From assembly GCA_030390025.1 (NCBI GenBank), contig JASTWF010000330.1, positions 248,001 to 312,000 of the forward strand: a stretch of 64,000 nt of DNA. Direction: 5' to 3'. Source of the DNA: Squalus acanthias. Its lineage: Eukaryota. The translations under genes were made by a program, and so were the position numbers. The notes beneath the pieces were generated by a model. It was not told the DNA's origin and ran no database searches. It saw only the letters and a list, made by a program, of their open reading frames with translations. Of the stretch, positions 1 through 13,300 are shown one piece after another; position 1 is the stretch's first letter, and each line of letters starts with the position of its first letter.

Positions 1-1248
1 GGAACTGTGTCCCTCTCCCCTCAGGAACTGCATCCCACTCCCCTCAGCAACTGCATCCCACTCCCCTCAGGAACTGCATCCCACTCCTCTCAGGAACTGC
101 ATCCCACTCTCCTCAGGAACTGCGTCCCACTCCCCTCAAGAACTGCGTTCTACTCCAATCAGGAACTGCATCCCACTCTCCTCAGGAACTGCGTCCCACT
201 CCCCTCAGAAACTGCGTCCCACTCCCCTCAGGAACCGCGTCCCACTCCCCTCAGGACCTGCGTCCCACTCCCCTCAGGACCTGCGTCCCACTCCCCTCAG
301 GAACTGCATCCCACTCCCCTCAGGAACCGCGTCCCACTCCTCTTAGGAACTGCGTCTCACTCTCCTCAGGAACTGCGTCCCACTCCTCTCAGTCTCCTCA
401 ACCCACTCCCGACAGTCTCCTCATCCTATTCGGATCAGTACCGTCATTCCACTTCCCTCAATCTCCTCATCCCACTACTTTCAGTCCCCTCATCCCACTC
501 CCCTTATTCTCCTCATCCCACTCCCCGCAGTCTCCTCATCCCACTTCCCTCAGTCCCCTCATCCTACTACCCTCAGTCTCCTCATCCCACTCCACTCAGT
601 CTCCTCATCCCACTCCCCTCAGTCCCCTCATCCCACTCCCCTCAGTCTCCTCATCCCACACCCCTCAGTCCCCTCATCCCACTTCGCCCAGTCCCGTCAT
701 CCCACTCCCCTCAGTCTCCTCATCCCACTTCCCTCAGTCTCCTCATCCCACTCCCCTCAGTCTCCTCATCCCACACAACTCAGTCTCCTCATCCCACTCC
801 CCTCAGTCTCCTCAACACACTTCCCTCAGTCCCCTCATCGCACTCCCCTCAGTCTCCTCATCCCACACACCTCAGTCTCCTCATCCCACTCCCCTCAGTC
901 ACCTCATCCCACTTCCCTCAGTCTCCTCATCTCACTCCCCTCAGTCTCCTCATCCCACACAACTCAGTCTCCTCATCCCACTCCCCTCAGTCTCCTCATC
1001 CCACTTCCCTCAGTCCCCTCATCCCACTCCGCTCAGTCTCCTCATCCCACTCCCCTCAGTCCCCTCATCCCACTTCCCTCAGTCCCCTCATCCCACTCCC
1101 CTCAGACTCCTCATCTCGCTCCCCTCAGACTCCTCATCTCGCTCCCCTCAGTCACTATACCCACTCACTCAGTAAGAGACTGGATGAGCTTTTCAGGAGT
1201 TACATTGGGTGAACAGAATGTACACAATGGACGGAACAAGACAGATAT

Positions 1249-1329
1249 CTGAGGCTGCAGAACCCACTGGGATAGTGGTTGAACGGTCAGTGGATTCTCG
1301 AGTCGACTGTGTTGTGGATGTGTCTGGAT
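1249..1329 (-). other. Stalk repeat exon copy with mutated splice donor (GT to AT)
   Basis: Acceptor intact; DPDTSTTQSTRESTDRSTTIPVGSAAS is followed by ATATCT instead of GTATCT (plus-strand t at 1248). Confidence 0.7.
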
Positions 1330-4300
1330 CTGAAATAAAAGAAGAGAGATTTGGGAGAGTGCAGAGTGGAGAACACCAGAACAGGTCATCAGGCTGGTAC
1401 TGGAGCCAATCGCAATCCCACTCACTCACTGCATCCCACTCCCCTCAGGAACCGCGTCCCACTCCCCTCAGGAACTGCGTCCCACTCCCCTCAGGAACTG
1501 CGTCCCACTCCCCTCAGGAACTGCGTCCCACTCCCCTCAGGAACTGCGTCCCACTCCCCTCAGGAACTGCGTCCCACTCCCCTCAGGAACTGCGTCCCAC
1601 TCCCCTCAGGAACTGTGTCCCTCTCCCCTCAGGAACTGCATCCCACTAACCTCTAGAACTGCGTCCCACTCCCCTCAGGAACTGCGTCCCACTCCCCTCA
1701 GGAACTGCGTCCCTCTCCTCTCAGGAACTGCATCCCACTCCTCTCAATCTCCTCAACCCACTTCACTCAGTCTCATCATCCCACCCTCCTAAGTCTCCTC
1801 ATCCCACTCCCGACAGTCTCCTCATCCCATTCAGATCAGTACCGTCATTCCACTTCCCTCAGTCTTCTCAGCCCACTCCCCTCAGTCTCCTCATCCCACT
1901 CCCCTCATTCTCCTCATCCCACTACCCTCAGTCTTCTCAGCCCACTCCCCTCTGTCTCCTTATCCCACTCACCTCAGTCTCCTCATTCCACTCCCCTCTG
2001 TCTCCTCATCCCACTCACATCAGTCTCCTCATTCCACTCCCCTCAGTCTCCTCATTCCACTCCCCTCAGTCTCCGCAGCACACTCCCCGCAGTCTCCTCA
2101 TTCCACTCCCTTCTGTCTCCTCATCCCACTCACATCAGTCTCCTCATTCCACTATCCGCAGTCTCCTCATCCCACTCCCCTCTGTCTCCTCATCCCACTC
2201 TCCTCAGTCTCCTCATCCCACTTCCCTCAGTCTCCTCATCCCACTCCCCTCAGTCTCCTCATCCCACTCCCCTCAGTCTCCTCATCCCACTCCCCTCAGT
2301 CTACTCATCCCACGCACCTGAGTCTCCTCATCCCACTCCCCGCAGTCTCCTCATCCCACTCACCTCAGTCTCCTCATCACACTCCCCTCAGTGTCCTCAT
2401 CCCACTCACCTCAGTCTCCTCATCCCACTCCTCTCATTCTCCTCATCCCACTCCCCTCAGTCTCCTCATCCCACTCCCCTCAGTCTCCTCATCCCACTCA
2501 CCTCAGTCTCCTCATCCCACTCCCCTCAGTCTCCTCATCCCACTCCCCTCATTCTCCTCATCCCACTCCCCTCAGTCTCCTCATCCAACTCCCCTCAGTC
2601 TCCTCATCCCACTCCCCTCAGTCTCCTCAACCCAGTTCCCTCAGTCTCCTCATCCCATTCCCCTCAGTCTCCTCATCCCACTCCATAAAGCCTCCTCATC
2701 CCACCCCCTCATTCTCCTCATCCCACTCCTCTCAGTCTGCCCATCCCACTCCCACTCAGTCTCCTCATCCCACTCCCCACATTCTCCTCATCCCTCTCTC
2801 CAGTCTCATCACACTACCCTCAGTCTCCTCATCACATTCGGCTCAGACACGTCATTCCACACCCCTCAGTCTCCTCATCCCACTCCGCTCAGACTCCTCA
2901 TCCCACTCCCCACAGCCTCCTCATCCCACTCCCCTCAGTCCCCTCATCCCACCACCCTCAGTCTCCTCATCCCACTCTCCTCAGTCTCCTCATCCCACTC
3001 TCCACAGTCTCCTCATCCCACTCCCACTCAGTCTCCTCATCCCACTCCCCACACTCTCCTCATCCCTCTCTCCAGTCTCCTCATCCCACTACCCTCAGTC
3101 TCCTCATCACACTCCCCTCAGTCTTCTCATCTCGCTCCCCTCAGTCACTATATCCACTCACTCAGTAAGAGCCTGGATGAGCTTTTCAGGAGTCACATTG
3201 GGTGAACAGACTGTACACAATGGACGGAACAAGACAGATACCTGAGTCTGCAGACCCCACTGGGATAGTGGATGAACGGTCAGTGGATTCTCGAGTCGAC
3301 TGTGTTGTGAATGCGTCCGGATCTGTAATAAAGGAAGAGAGACATGGGATAGTGCAGAGTGGAGAAAAGCAGAACAGGTCATCAGGCTGGTACTGGAGCC
3401 AATCACAATCCCACTCACTCACTGCGTCCCACTCCCCTCAGGAACCATGTCCCACTCTCCTCAGGAACTGCGTCCCACTCCCCTCAGGAACTGCGTCCCA
3501 CTCCCCTCAGGAACCGCGTCCCACTCCCCTCAGGAACCGCGTCCCTCTCCCCTCAGGAACCGCGTCCCACTCTCCTCTGAACTGCGTCCCATTCTACTCA
3601 GGAACTGCGTCCCATTCCCCTCAGGAACTGCGTCCCACTCTCCTCAGTCTTCTTATCCCACTCCGTCAGTCTCCTCATCCCATTCGGATCAATCTCCTCA
3701 TCCCACTCCCCTCAGTCTCCTCATCCCACTCCCCTCAGTCTCCTCATCCCACTCCCCTCAGTCTCCTCATCCCACTCCCCTCAGTGACCTCATCCTAATC
3801 CCCACAGCCTCCTCATCACACTCCCCTCAGTCTCCTCAACCCAGTTCCCTCAGTCTCCTCATCCCACTCCCCTCAATGTACTCATCCCGCTCCCCTCAGT
3901 CTCCTCGTCCCACTCCCCTGAGTCTCCTCATCCCAAAACCCCTCAGTCTCCTCATCCCACTCCATAAAGCCTCCTCATTCCACTCCCCTCTGTCTCCTCA
4001 TCCCACTCACATCAGTCTCCTCATTCCACTCCCCTCTGTCTCCTCATCCCACTCACATCAGTCTCCTCATTCCACTCCCCTCTGTCTCCTCATTCCACTC
4101 CCCTCAGTCTCCTCATCACACTCACATCAGTCTCCTCATTCCACTCCCCTCAGTCTCCTGATCCCACTCACATCAGTCTCCTCATTCCACTTCCCTCAGT
4201 CTCCTCAGCCCACTCCCCTCAGTCTCCTCATTCCACTCCCCTCAGTCTCCTCATTCCACTCCCCTCAGTCTCCTCATCCACTCCCCTCAGTCTCCTCATT

Positions 4301-7300
4301 CCACTCCCCTCAGTCTCCTCATTCCACTCCCCTCAGTCTCCTCATCCCACTCACCTCAGTCTCCGCAGCCCACTCCCCTCAGTCACCTCATTCCACTCCC
4401 CTCAGTCTCCTCATCCCACTCCCCTCAGTCTCCTCATTCCACTCCCCTCAGTCTCCTCATCCCACTCCCCTCAGTCTCCTCATCCCACTCCCCTCAGTCT
4501 CCTCATCCCACTCCCCTCAGTCTCCTCATCACACTCCCCTCAGTCTCCTCATCCCACGCCCCTCTGTCTCCTCAGCCCACTCCCCTCAGTCTCTTCATCC
4601 CACTCCCCTCGGTCTCCTCATCCCACTCACATCAGTCTCCTCATTCCACTCCCCTCAGTCTCCTCATTCCACACCCCTCAGTCTCCTCATTCCACTCCCC
4701 TCAGTCTCCTCATTCCACTCCCCTCAGTCTCCTCATTCCACACCCCTCAGTCTCCTCATCACACTCCCCTCTGTCTCCTCAACCCACTACCCTCAGTCTC
4801 CTCAAGTCGCTTCCCATATTCTCCTCATTCCACTCCCCATAGTCTCCTCATTCCACTCCCCATAGTCGCCTCATTGCACTACCCTCAGTCTCCTCATCCC
4901 GCTTCCCATATTCTCCTCATTCCACTCCCCATAGTCTCCTCATTCCACTCCCCTCAGTCTCCTAGTCCCACTCCCCACCGTCTCCTCATTCCACTCCCCT
5001 AAATCTCCTCATCCACTCCCCACAGTCCCCTCATCCCTCTCTCCAGTCTCCTCATCTCACTACCCTCAGTCTCCTCATTCAAATCCCCTCATTCTCCTCA
5101 TCCCACTCCCCACAGTCACCTCAGTCAACTCCCCACCGTCTCCTCATCTCACTCCCCTAAGTCTCCTCATCCCACTCCCCACAGTCTCCTCATCACTCTC
5201 TCCAGTCTCCTCTTCCCACTATCCACAGACTCCTCATCTAACTCCCCTCAGTCTCCTCAACCCGGTTCGCTCAGTTTCCGGATCCCACTCGCCGCAATGT
5301 ACTCATCGCGCTCCCCTAAGTCTCCTCGTCCCACTCCCGAGTCTCCTCATCCCATTCCCCTCAGTCTGCTCTTCCCACTCCATAAAGTCTCCTCATCCCA
5401 CTCCCCACAGTCTCCTCATCCCACTCCCCTCAGTCTCCTCATCCCACTCCCCTCAGTCTCCTCATCCCACTCCCCTCAGTCTCCTCATCCCACTCCCCTC
5501 AGTCTCCTCCTCCCACTCCCCTCAGTCTCCTCCTCCCACTCCCCTCAGTCTCCTCCTCCCACTCCCCTCAGTCTACTCATCCCACACACCTGAGTCTCAT
5601 CATCCCACTCCCCACAGTCTCCACATCCCACTCCCCTCAGTCTCCTCATCCCACTCCCCTCAGTCTCCTCATCCCACTACCCTCAGTCTCCTCATCCCAC
5701 TCCCCTCAGTCTCCTCATCCCGCTCCCCTCAGTCTCCTCATCCCGCTCCCCTCAGTCTCCTCATCCCGCTCCCCTCAGTCTCCTCATCCCACTCCCCTCA
5801 GTCTCCTCATCCCACTCTCCTCAGTCTCCTCATCTCGCTCCCCTCAGTCACTATACCCACTCACTCAGTAACATACTAGATGAGCTTTTCAGGAGTCACA
5901 TTGGGTGAACAGACTGCACACAATGGACGGAACAAGACAGATACCTGAGGCTGCAGACCCCACTGGGATAGTGGATGAACGGTCAGTGGATTCTCGAGTC
6001 GACTGTGTTGTGAATGCGTCCGGATCTGTAATAAAGGAAGAGAGACATGGGATAGTGCAGAGTGGAGAAAAGCAGAACAGGTCATCAGGCTGGTACTGGA
6101 GCCAATCACAATCCCACTCACTCACCGCGTCCCACTCCCCTCAGGCACTGCATCGCACTCCCCTCAGGAACCGTGTCCAACTCCCCTCAGGAACCGTGTC
6201 CCACTCCCCTCAGGAACTGCGTCCCACTCTCCTCTGAACTGCGTCCCACTCCCCTCAGGAACCGCGTCCCACTCCCCTCAGGAACTGCTTCCCACTCTCC
6301 TCAGGCGCTGCGTCCCATTCCCCTCAGGAACTGCGTCCCACTCCCCTCAGGAACTGTGTCCCACTCTCCTCAGTCTTCTCATCCCATTCGGATCAATCTC
6401 GTCATTCCACTCCGCTCAGTCTCCTCGTCCCACTACTATTAAGTCCCCTCACCCTACTCTCCACTGTCCCCTCATCCCACTCCCATCAGTCTCCTCATCC
6501 CACTCCCCTCAGTCTCCTCATCCCACTCCCCTCAGTCTCCTCATCCCACTCCCCTCAGTCCCCTCATTCTACTCGCCACAGCCTCCTCATCACACTCCCC
6601 TCAGTCTCCTCAACCAAGTTCCCTCAGTCTCCTCATCCCACTCCCCTCAATGTACTCATCCCGCTCCCCACAGTCTCCTCGTCCCACTCCCAAGTCTCCT
6701 CATCCCATTCCTCTCAGTCTCCTCATCCCACTCCATAAAGACTCCTCATCCCACCCCCTCAGTCTCCTCATCCCACTCCTCTCAGTCTACTCATCCCACT
6801 CCCACTCAGTCTCCTCATCCCACTCCGCTCAGACTCCTCATCCCACTCCCCCCAGACTCCTCATCCCACTCCCCTCAGTCTCCTCATCCCACTCCCCTCA
6901 GTCTCCTCATCCCACTCCCCTCAGTCACCTCATCCTAATCCCCACAGACTCCTCATCACACTCCCCTCAGTCTCCTCATCCCACTCCCCTCAGTCACCTC
7001 ATCCTAATCCCCACAGACTCCTCATCACACTCCCCTCAGTCTCCTCAACCCAGTTCCCTCAGTCCCCTCATCCCACTCCCCTCAATGTACTCATCCCGCT
7101 CCCCTCAGTCTCCTCGTCCCACTCCCCCGAGTCTCCTCATCCCATTCCCCTCAGTCTCCTCATCCCACTCCATAAAGCCTCCTCATTCCACTCCTCTCTG
7201 TCTCCTCATCCCACTCACATCAGTCTCCTCATTCCACTTCCCTCAGTCTCCTCAGCCCACTCCCCTCAGTCTCCTCATTCCACTCCCCTCTGTCTCCTTA

Positions 7301-10300
7301 TCCCACTCACCTCAGTCTCCTCATTCCACTCCCCTCTCTCTCCTCATCCCACTCACATCAGTCTCCTCATCCCACTCCCCTCAGTCTCCTCATCCCACTC
7401 CCCTCAGTCTCCTCATCCCACTCTCCTCAGTCTCCTCATCCCACTCTCCTCAGTCTCCTCATCCAACTCCGCTCAGTCTCCTCATTCCACTCCCCTCAGT
7501 CTCCTCATCCCACTCCCCTCAGTCTCCTCATCCCACTCCCCTCAGTCTCCTCATCCCACTCCCCTCAATCTCCTCATCATACTCCCCTCAGACTCCTCAT
7601 CTCGCTCCCCTCAGTCACTATACCCACTCACTCAGTAAGAGACTGGATGAGCTTTTCAGGAGTCACATTGTGTGAACAGACTGTACAGAATGGATGGAAC
7701 AAGACAGATACCTGAGGCTGCAGACCCCACTGGGATAGTGGATGAACGGTCAGTGGATTCTTGAGTCGACTGTGTTGTGGATGTGTCCGGATCTGCATGA
7801 AAGGAGGAGAGACATGGGAGAGTGCAGATGGAGAAAACCAAAACAGGTCATCAGGCTGGTACTGGAGCCAATCACAATCCCACTCACTCACTGCGTCCGA
7901 CTCCCCTCAGGAACCATGTCCCACGCTCCTCAGGCAATGCGTCCCACTCCCCTCAGGAACCGAGTCCAACTCCCCTCAGGAACTGCGTCCCACTCTCCTC
8001 TGAACTGCGTCCCACTCCCCTCAGGAACAGCGTCCCACTCCCCTCAGGAACTGCGTCCCACTCCCCTCAGGAACTGCGTCCCACTCCCCTCAGGCGCTGC
8101 GGCCCATTCCCCTCAGGAACTGCGTCCCACTCTCCTGAGTCTTCTCGTCCCACTCCGTCAGTCTCCTCATCCCATTCGGATCAATCTCGTCATTCCACTC
8201 CGCTCAGTCTCCTCGTCCCACTACTATTAAGTCCCCTCACCCTACTCTCCGCTGTCTCCTCATCCCACTCCCATCAGACTCCTCATCCCACTCCCCTCAG
8301 TCTCCTCATCCCACTCCCCTCAGTCCCCTCATCCTACTCCCCACAGCCTCCTCATCACACTCCCCTCAGTCTCCTCAACCAAGTTCCCTCAGTCTCCTCA
8401 TCCCACTCCCCTCAATGTACTCATCCCGCTCCCCACAGTCTCCTCGTCCAACACCCCTGAGTCTCCTCATCCCATTCCCCTCAGTCTTCTTATCCCACTC
8501 CATAAAGCCTCCTCATCCCACCCCCTCAGTCTCCTCATCCCACTCCTCTCAGTCTACTCATCCCACTCCCCACAATCTCCTCATCCCTCTCTCCAGTCTC
8601 CTCATCCCACAACCCTCAGTCTCCTCATCACATTTGGCTCAGACACGTCATTCCACTCCCCTCAGTCTCCTCATCCCACTCCCCTCAGACTCCTCATCCC
8701 ACTCCCCTCAGACTCCTCATCCCACTCCGCTCAGACTCCTCATCCCACTCCCCCCAGACTCCTCATCCCACTCCCCTCAGTCTCCTCATCCCACTCCCCT
8801 CAGTCTCCTCATCCCACCCCCCTCAGACTCCTCATCTCACTCCCCTCAGACTCCTCATTCCACTCCTCTCAGTCTCCTCATCCCACTCCCCTCAGAATCC
8901 TCATCCCACTCCCCTCAGTCTCCTCATCCCACCCCCCTCAGACTCCTCATCTCGCTCCCCTCAGTCACTATACCCACTCACTCAGTAAGAGCCTGGATGA
9001 GCTTTTCAGGAGTCACATTGGGTGAACAGACTGTACACAATGGACGGAACAAGACAGATACCTGAGGCTGCAGACCCCACTGGGATAGTGGATGAACGGT
9101 CAATGGATTCTTGAGTCGACTGTGTTGTGGATGTGTCCGGATCTGAAATAAAGGAAGAGAGACATGGGAGAGTGCAGAGTGGAGAAAACCAGAACAGGTC
9201 ATCAGGCTGGTGCTGGAGCCAATCACAATCCCACTCACTCACTGCGTCCGACTGCCCTCAGAAACTGCGTCCCACTCTCCTCTGAACTGCGTCCCACTCC
9301 CCTCAGGAACTGCGTCCCACTCCCCTCAGAAACTGCGTCCCACTCTCCTCTGAACTGCGTCCCACTCTCCTCTGAACTGCGTCCCTCTCCCCTCAGGAAC
9401 TGCATCCCACTCCTCTCAGTCTCCTCAAACCACTTCACTCAGTCTCCTCATCCCACCCTCCTCAGTCTCCTCATCCCACTCCCGACAGTCTCCTCATCCC
9501 ATTCGGATCAGTACCGTCATTCCACTTCCATCAATCTCCTCATCCCACTCCGCTCATTCTCCTCAGCCCACTGCCCTCAGTCTCCTCATTCCGCTCCCCT
9601 CAGTCTCCTCATCCCACTCCCCACCATCTCCTCTTCCTGCTCCCCACCGTATCCTCATTCCACTCCCCTAAGTCTCCTCATCCCACTCCCCACAGTCTCC
9701 TCATCCCTCTCTCCAGTCTCCTCATTCCACTGCCCACCGTCTCCTCATCTCACTCCCCTAAGTCTCCTCATCCCACTCCCCACAGTCTCCTCATCCCTCT
9801 CTCCAGTCTCCTCATTCCACTGCCCACCGTCTCCTCATCTCACTCCCCTAAGTCTCCTCATCCAACTCCCCTCAGTCTCCTCAAACCAGTTCCCTCATTC
9901 TCCTGATCCCACTCCCCTCAATATACTCATCCCGCTCCCCTAAGTCTCCTCGTCCCACTCCCGAGTCTCCTCATCCCATTCCCCTCAGTCTCCTCATCCC
10001 ACCCCATAAAGTCTCCTCATCCCGCTCCCCTACGTCTCCTCATCCCACCCCATAAAGTCATAAAGTCTCCTCATCCCGCTCCCCTACGTCTCCTCATCCC
10101 ACTCCCCTCAGTTTCAAATCCCACTTCCCACAGGCTCCTCATCCCACTCCCCAGTCTCCTCATCCCACACCCCTCAGACTCATCATCACACTCCCCACAG
10201 TGTCCTCATCCCACTCCCGAGTCTCCACATTGCACTCCCCTCAGTCTCCTCATCCCACACCCCTCAGACTCATCATCACACTCCCCACAGTGTCCTCATC

Positions 10301-13300
10301 CCACTCCCGAGTCTCCACATTGCACTCCCCTCAGTCTCCTCAACCGTTCCCCTCCGACAACTCATCCCACTCTCCTCAGTCTCCACATTCCACTCCCCTC
10401 AGACTCATCCCGCTCCCCTCAGTCTCCTCATCCCACTCCCCTCAGTCTCCTCATCCCACTACCCACAGTCTCCTCATCCCACTTCCCACAGTCTCCTTAT
10501 CCCTCTCTCCAGTCTCCTCATCCCACTACCCTCAGTCTCCTCATCACATTCGTCTCAGACACGTCATCCCACTTCCCTCACTCCTCATCCCACTCCCCTC
10601 AGACTCCTCATCTCACTCGCCTCAGTCTCCTCATCCCACTCCCCTCAGTCTCCTCATCCCACTCCCCACAGTCTCCTCATCCCACTTCCCTCAGTCTCCT
10701 CATTCCACTACCAGCAGTCTCCTCATCCCTCTCTCCAGTCTCCTCATCCCACTCCCCTCAGTCTCCTCATCCCACTCCACTCAGTCTCCTCATCCCAATC
10801 CACGCAGTCTCCTCATCCCACTCCCCTCAGTCTCCATATCCCACTCACCTCAGTCTCCTCATCCCACTTCCCTCAGTCTCCTCATCCCACTCCCCTCAGT
10901 CTCCTCATTCCACTCCCCACAGTCTCCTCATCCCTCTCTCCAGTCTCCTCATCCCACTCCCCTCAGTCTCCACATCCCACTCACCTCAGTCTCCTCATCT
11001 CACTCCCCTCAGTCACTATATCCACTCACTCAGTAAGAGACTGGATGAGCTTTTCAGGAGTCACAGTGGGTGAACAGACTGTACACAACGGACAGAACAA
11101 GACAGATACCTGAGGCTGCACCACCCAGTGGGATAGTATTTGAACGGTCAGTGGATTCTCGAGTCGACTGTGTTGTGGATGTGTCCGGATCTGAAATAAA
11201 GGAAGAGAGACATGGGAGAGTGCAGAGTGGAGAAAACCAGAACAGGTCATCAGGCTGGTACTGGAGCCAATCACAATCCCACTCACTCACTGCGTCCCAC
11301 TCCCCTCAGGAACCGTGTCCCACTCTCCTCAGGAACTGCGTCCCACTCCCCTCAGGAACTGCGTCCCACTCCCCTCAGGAACTGCGTCCCACTCACCTCA
11401 GGAACTGCGTCACACTCCCCTCAGGAACTGCGTCCCACTCCCCTCAGGAACTGCGTCCCACTCCCCTCAGGAACTGCGTCCCACTCCCCTGAGTCTCCAC
11501 ATTCCACCCCACTCAGTCTCCTCAACCCAGTTCCCTCAACCTCCTCATCCCACTCCCCTCAATGTACTCATCCCGCTCCCCTAAGTCTCCCCGTCCCACT
11601 CCCGTCAGTCACCTCATCCCATTCCCCTGTCTCCACATCCCACTCCATAAAGCCTCCTCATCCCACTACCCGCAGTCTCCTCATCCCACTGCCCTCAGTC
11701 TCCTCATCACACTCCCCACAGTCTCCTCATCCCACTCCTCACAGTCTCCTCATCCCACTACCCTCAGTCTCCTCATCTCACTCCCCTCAGTCTCCTCATC
11801 CCACTGCCCTCAGTCTCCTCATCTCAATCCCCTCAGTCTCCTGATCCCACTGCCCTCAGTCTCCTCATCTCAATCCCCTCGGTCTCCTCATCCCACTCCC
11901 CTTAGTCTCCTCATCACACTCCCCACAGTCTCCTCATCCCACTCCCCGCAGTCTCCTCATCCCACTCCCTTCAGTCTCCTCATCTCACTCCCCTCAGTCT
12001 CCTCATCCCACTGCCCTCAGTCTCCTCATCTCACTTCCCTCAGTCTCCTCATCCCACTCCCCTCAGTCTCCTCATCCCACTCCCCTCAGTCTCCTCATCC
12101 CACTCCCCATAGTCTCCCCATCCCTATCCCCTCAGTCTCCTCATCCCACTCTCCTCAGTCTCCGCATCCCACTCCCCTCAGTCTCCTCATCCCACTCTCC
12201 TCAGTCTCCTCATCCCACTCCCCGCAGCCTCCTCATCCCACTCCACTCAGTCTCGTCATCCCACTCCTCATTCTCATCACATTCCCCTCAGTCTCCTCAT
12301 CACACTCCCCTCAGTCTCCTCATCCCACTGCCCTCAGTCGCGTCATCCCACTCCCCTCAGTCTCGTCATCCCACTCCCCTCAGTCTCCTCATCCCACTGC
12401 CCTCAGTCTCGTCATCCCACTCCATAAAGTCTCCTCAACCCACTCCCCTCCATCTCCTCATCCGCTCTCCTCAGTCTCCTCATCCCACTGCCCTCAGTCT
12501 CGTCATCCCACTCCATAAAGTCTTCTCAACCCACTCCCCTCCATCTCCTCATCCGCTCTCCTCAGTCTCCTCTTCCCACTGCCCTCAGTCTCGTCATCCC
12601 ACTCCATAAAGTCTCCTCAACCCACTCCCCTCCATTTCCTCATCCGCTCTCCTCAGTCTCCTCATCGCACTCCCCAGTCTCCTCATCCCACTATCCTCAG
12701 TCTCATCACATTCGGCTCAGTCTCGTCATCCCACTTCCCTCAGTATCCTCATCCCACTCCCCACAGTCTCCTCACCCCGCTCCCCTACGTCTCCTCATCC
12801 CACTCTGCACAGTCTCCTCATCCCACTCCGCTCAGTCACTCATCCCACTCCCCTCAGTCTACTCATCCCAGTTCCCTCAGTCTCCTCATCCCACTCCCCT
12901 CAGTCACCTCATCCCACTCACCTCAGTCTACTCATCCCGCTCCCCAAAGTCACCTCGTCCCACTCCCCTCAGTCTCATCACACTCCCCTCAGTCTCCTCA
13001 TCACACTCCTCTCAGTCTCATCACACTCCCCTCAGTCTCCTCATCCCACTCCCCTCAGTCTCCTCATTCCCCTCCCCTCAGTCTCCTCAATCCACTCCCC
13101 ACCATCTCCTCATCCCACACACCTCAGTCTCCTCTTCCCACTCCCCTCAGTCTCCTCTTCCCACTCCCCTCAGTCTCCTCTTCCCACTCCCCTCAGTCTC
13201 CTCTTCCCACTCCCCTCAGTCTCCTCTTCCCACTCCCCTCAGTCTCCTCTTCCCACTCCCCTCAGTCTCCTCATTCCCCTCCCCTCAGTCTCCTCATCCC

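Noticed and set aside
1209..1430. Plus-strand ORF MDGTRQISEAAEPTG.. in each repeat block
   Set aside because: It is antisense to the exon. Splice signals, phase symmetry and continuity with the D10C exons all support the minus strand.
7..12518. Long Pro/Ser/His/Leu-rich plus-strand ORFs (for example 401 aa and 472 aa)
   Set aside because: They are translations of a stop-poor 23-bp minisatellite and read similarly in all three frames; the real coding signal is the 81-nt minus-strand exons.
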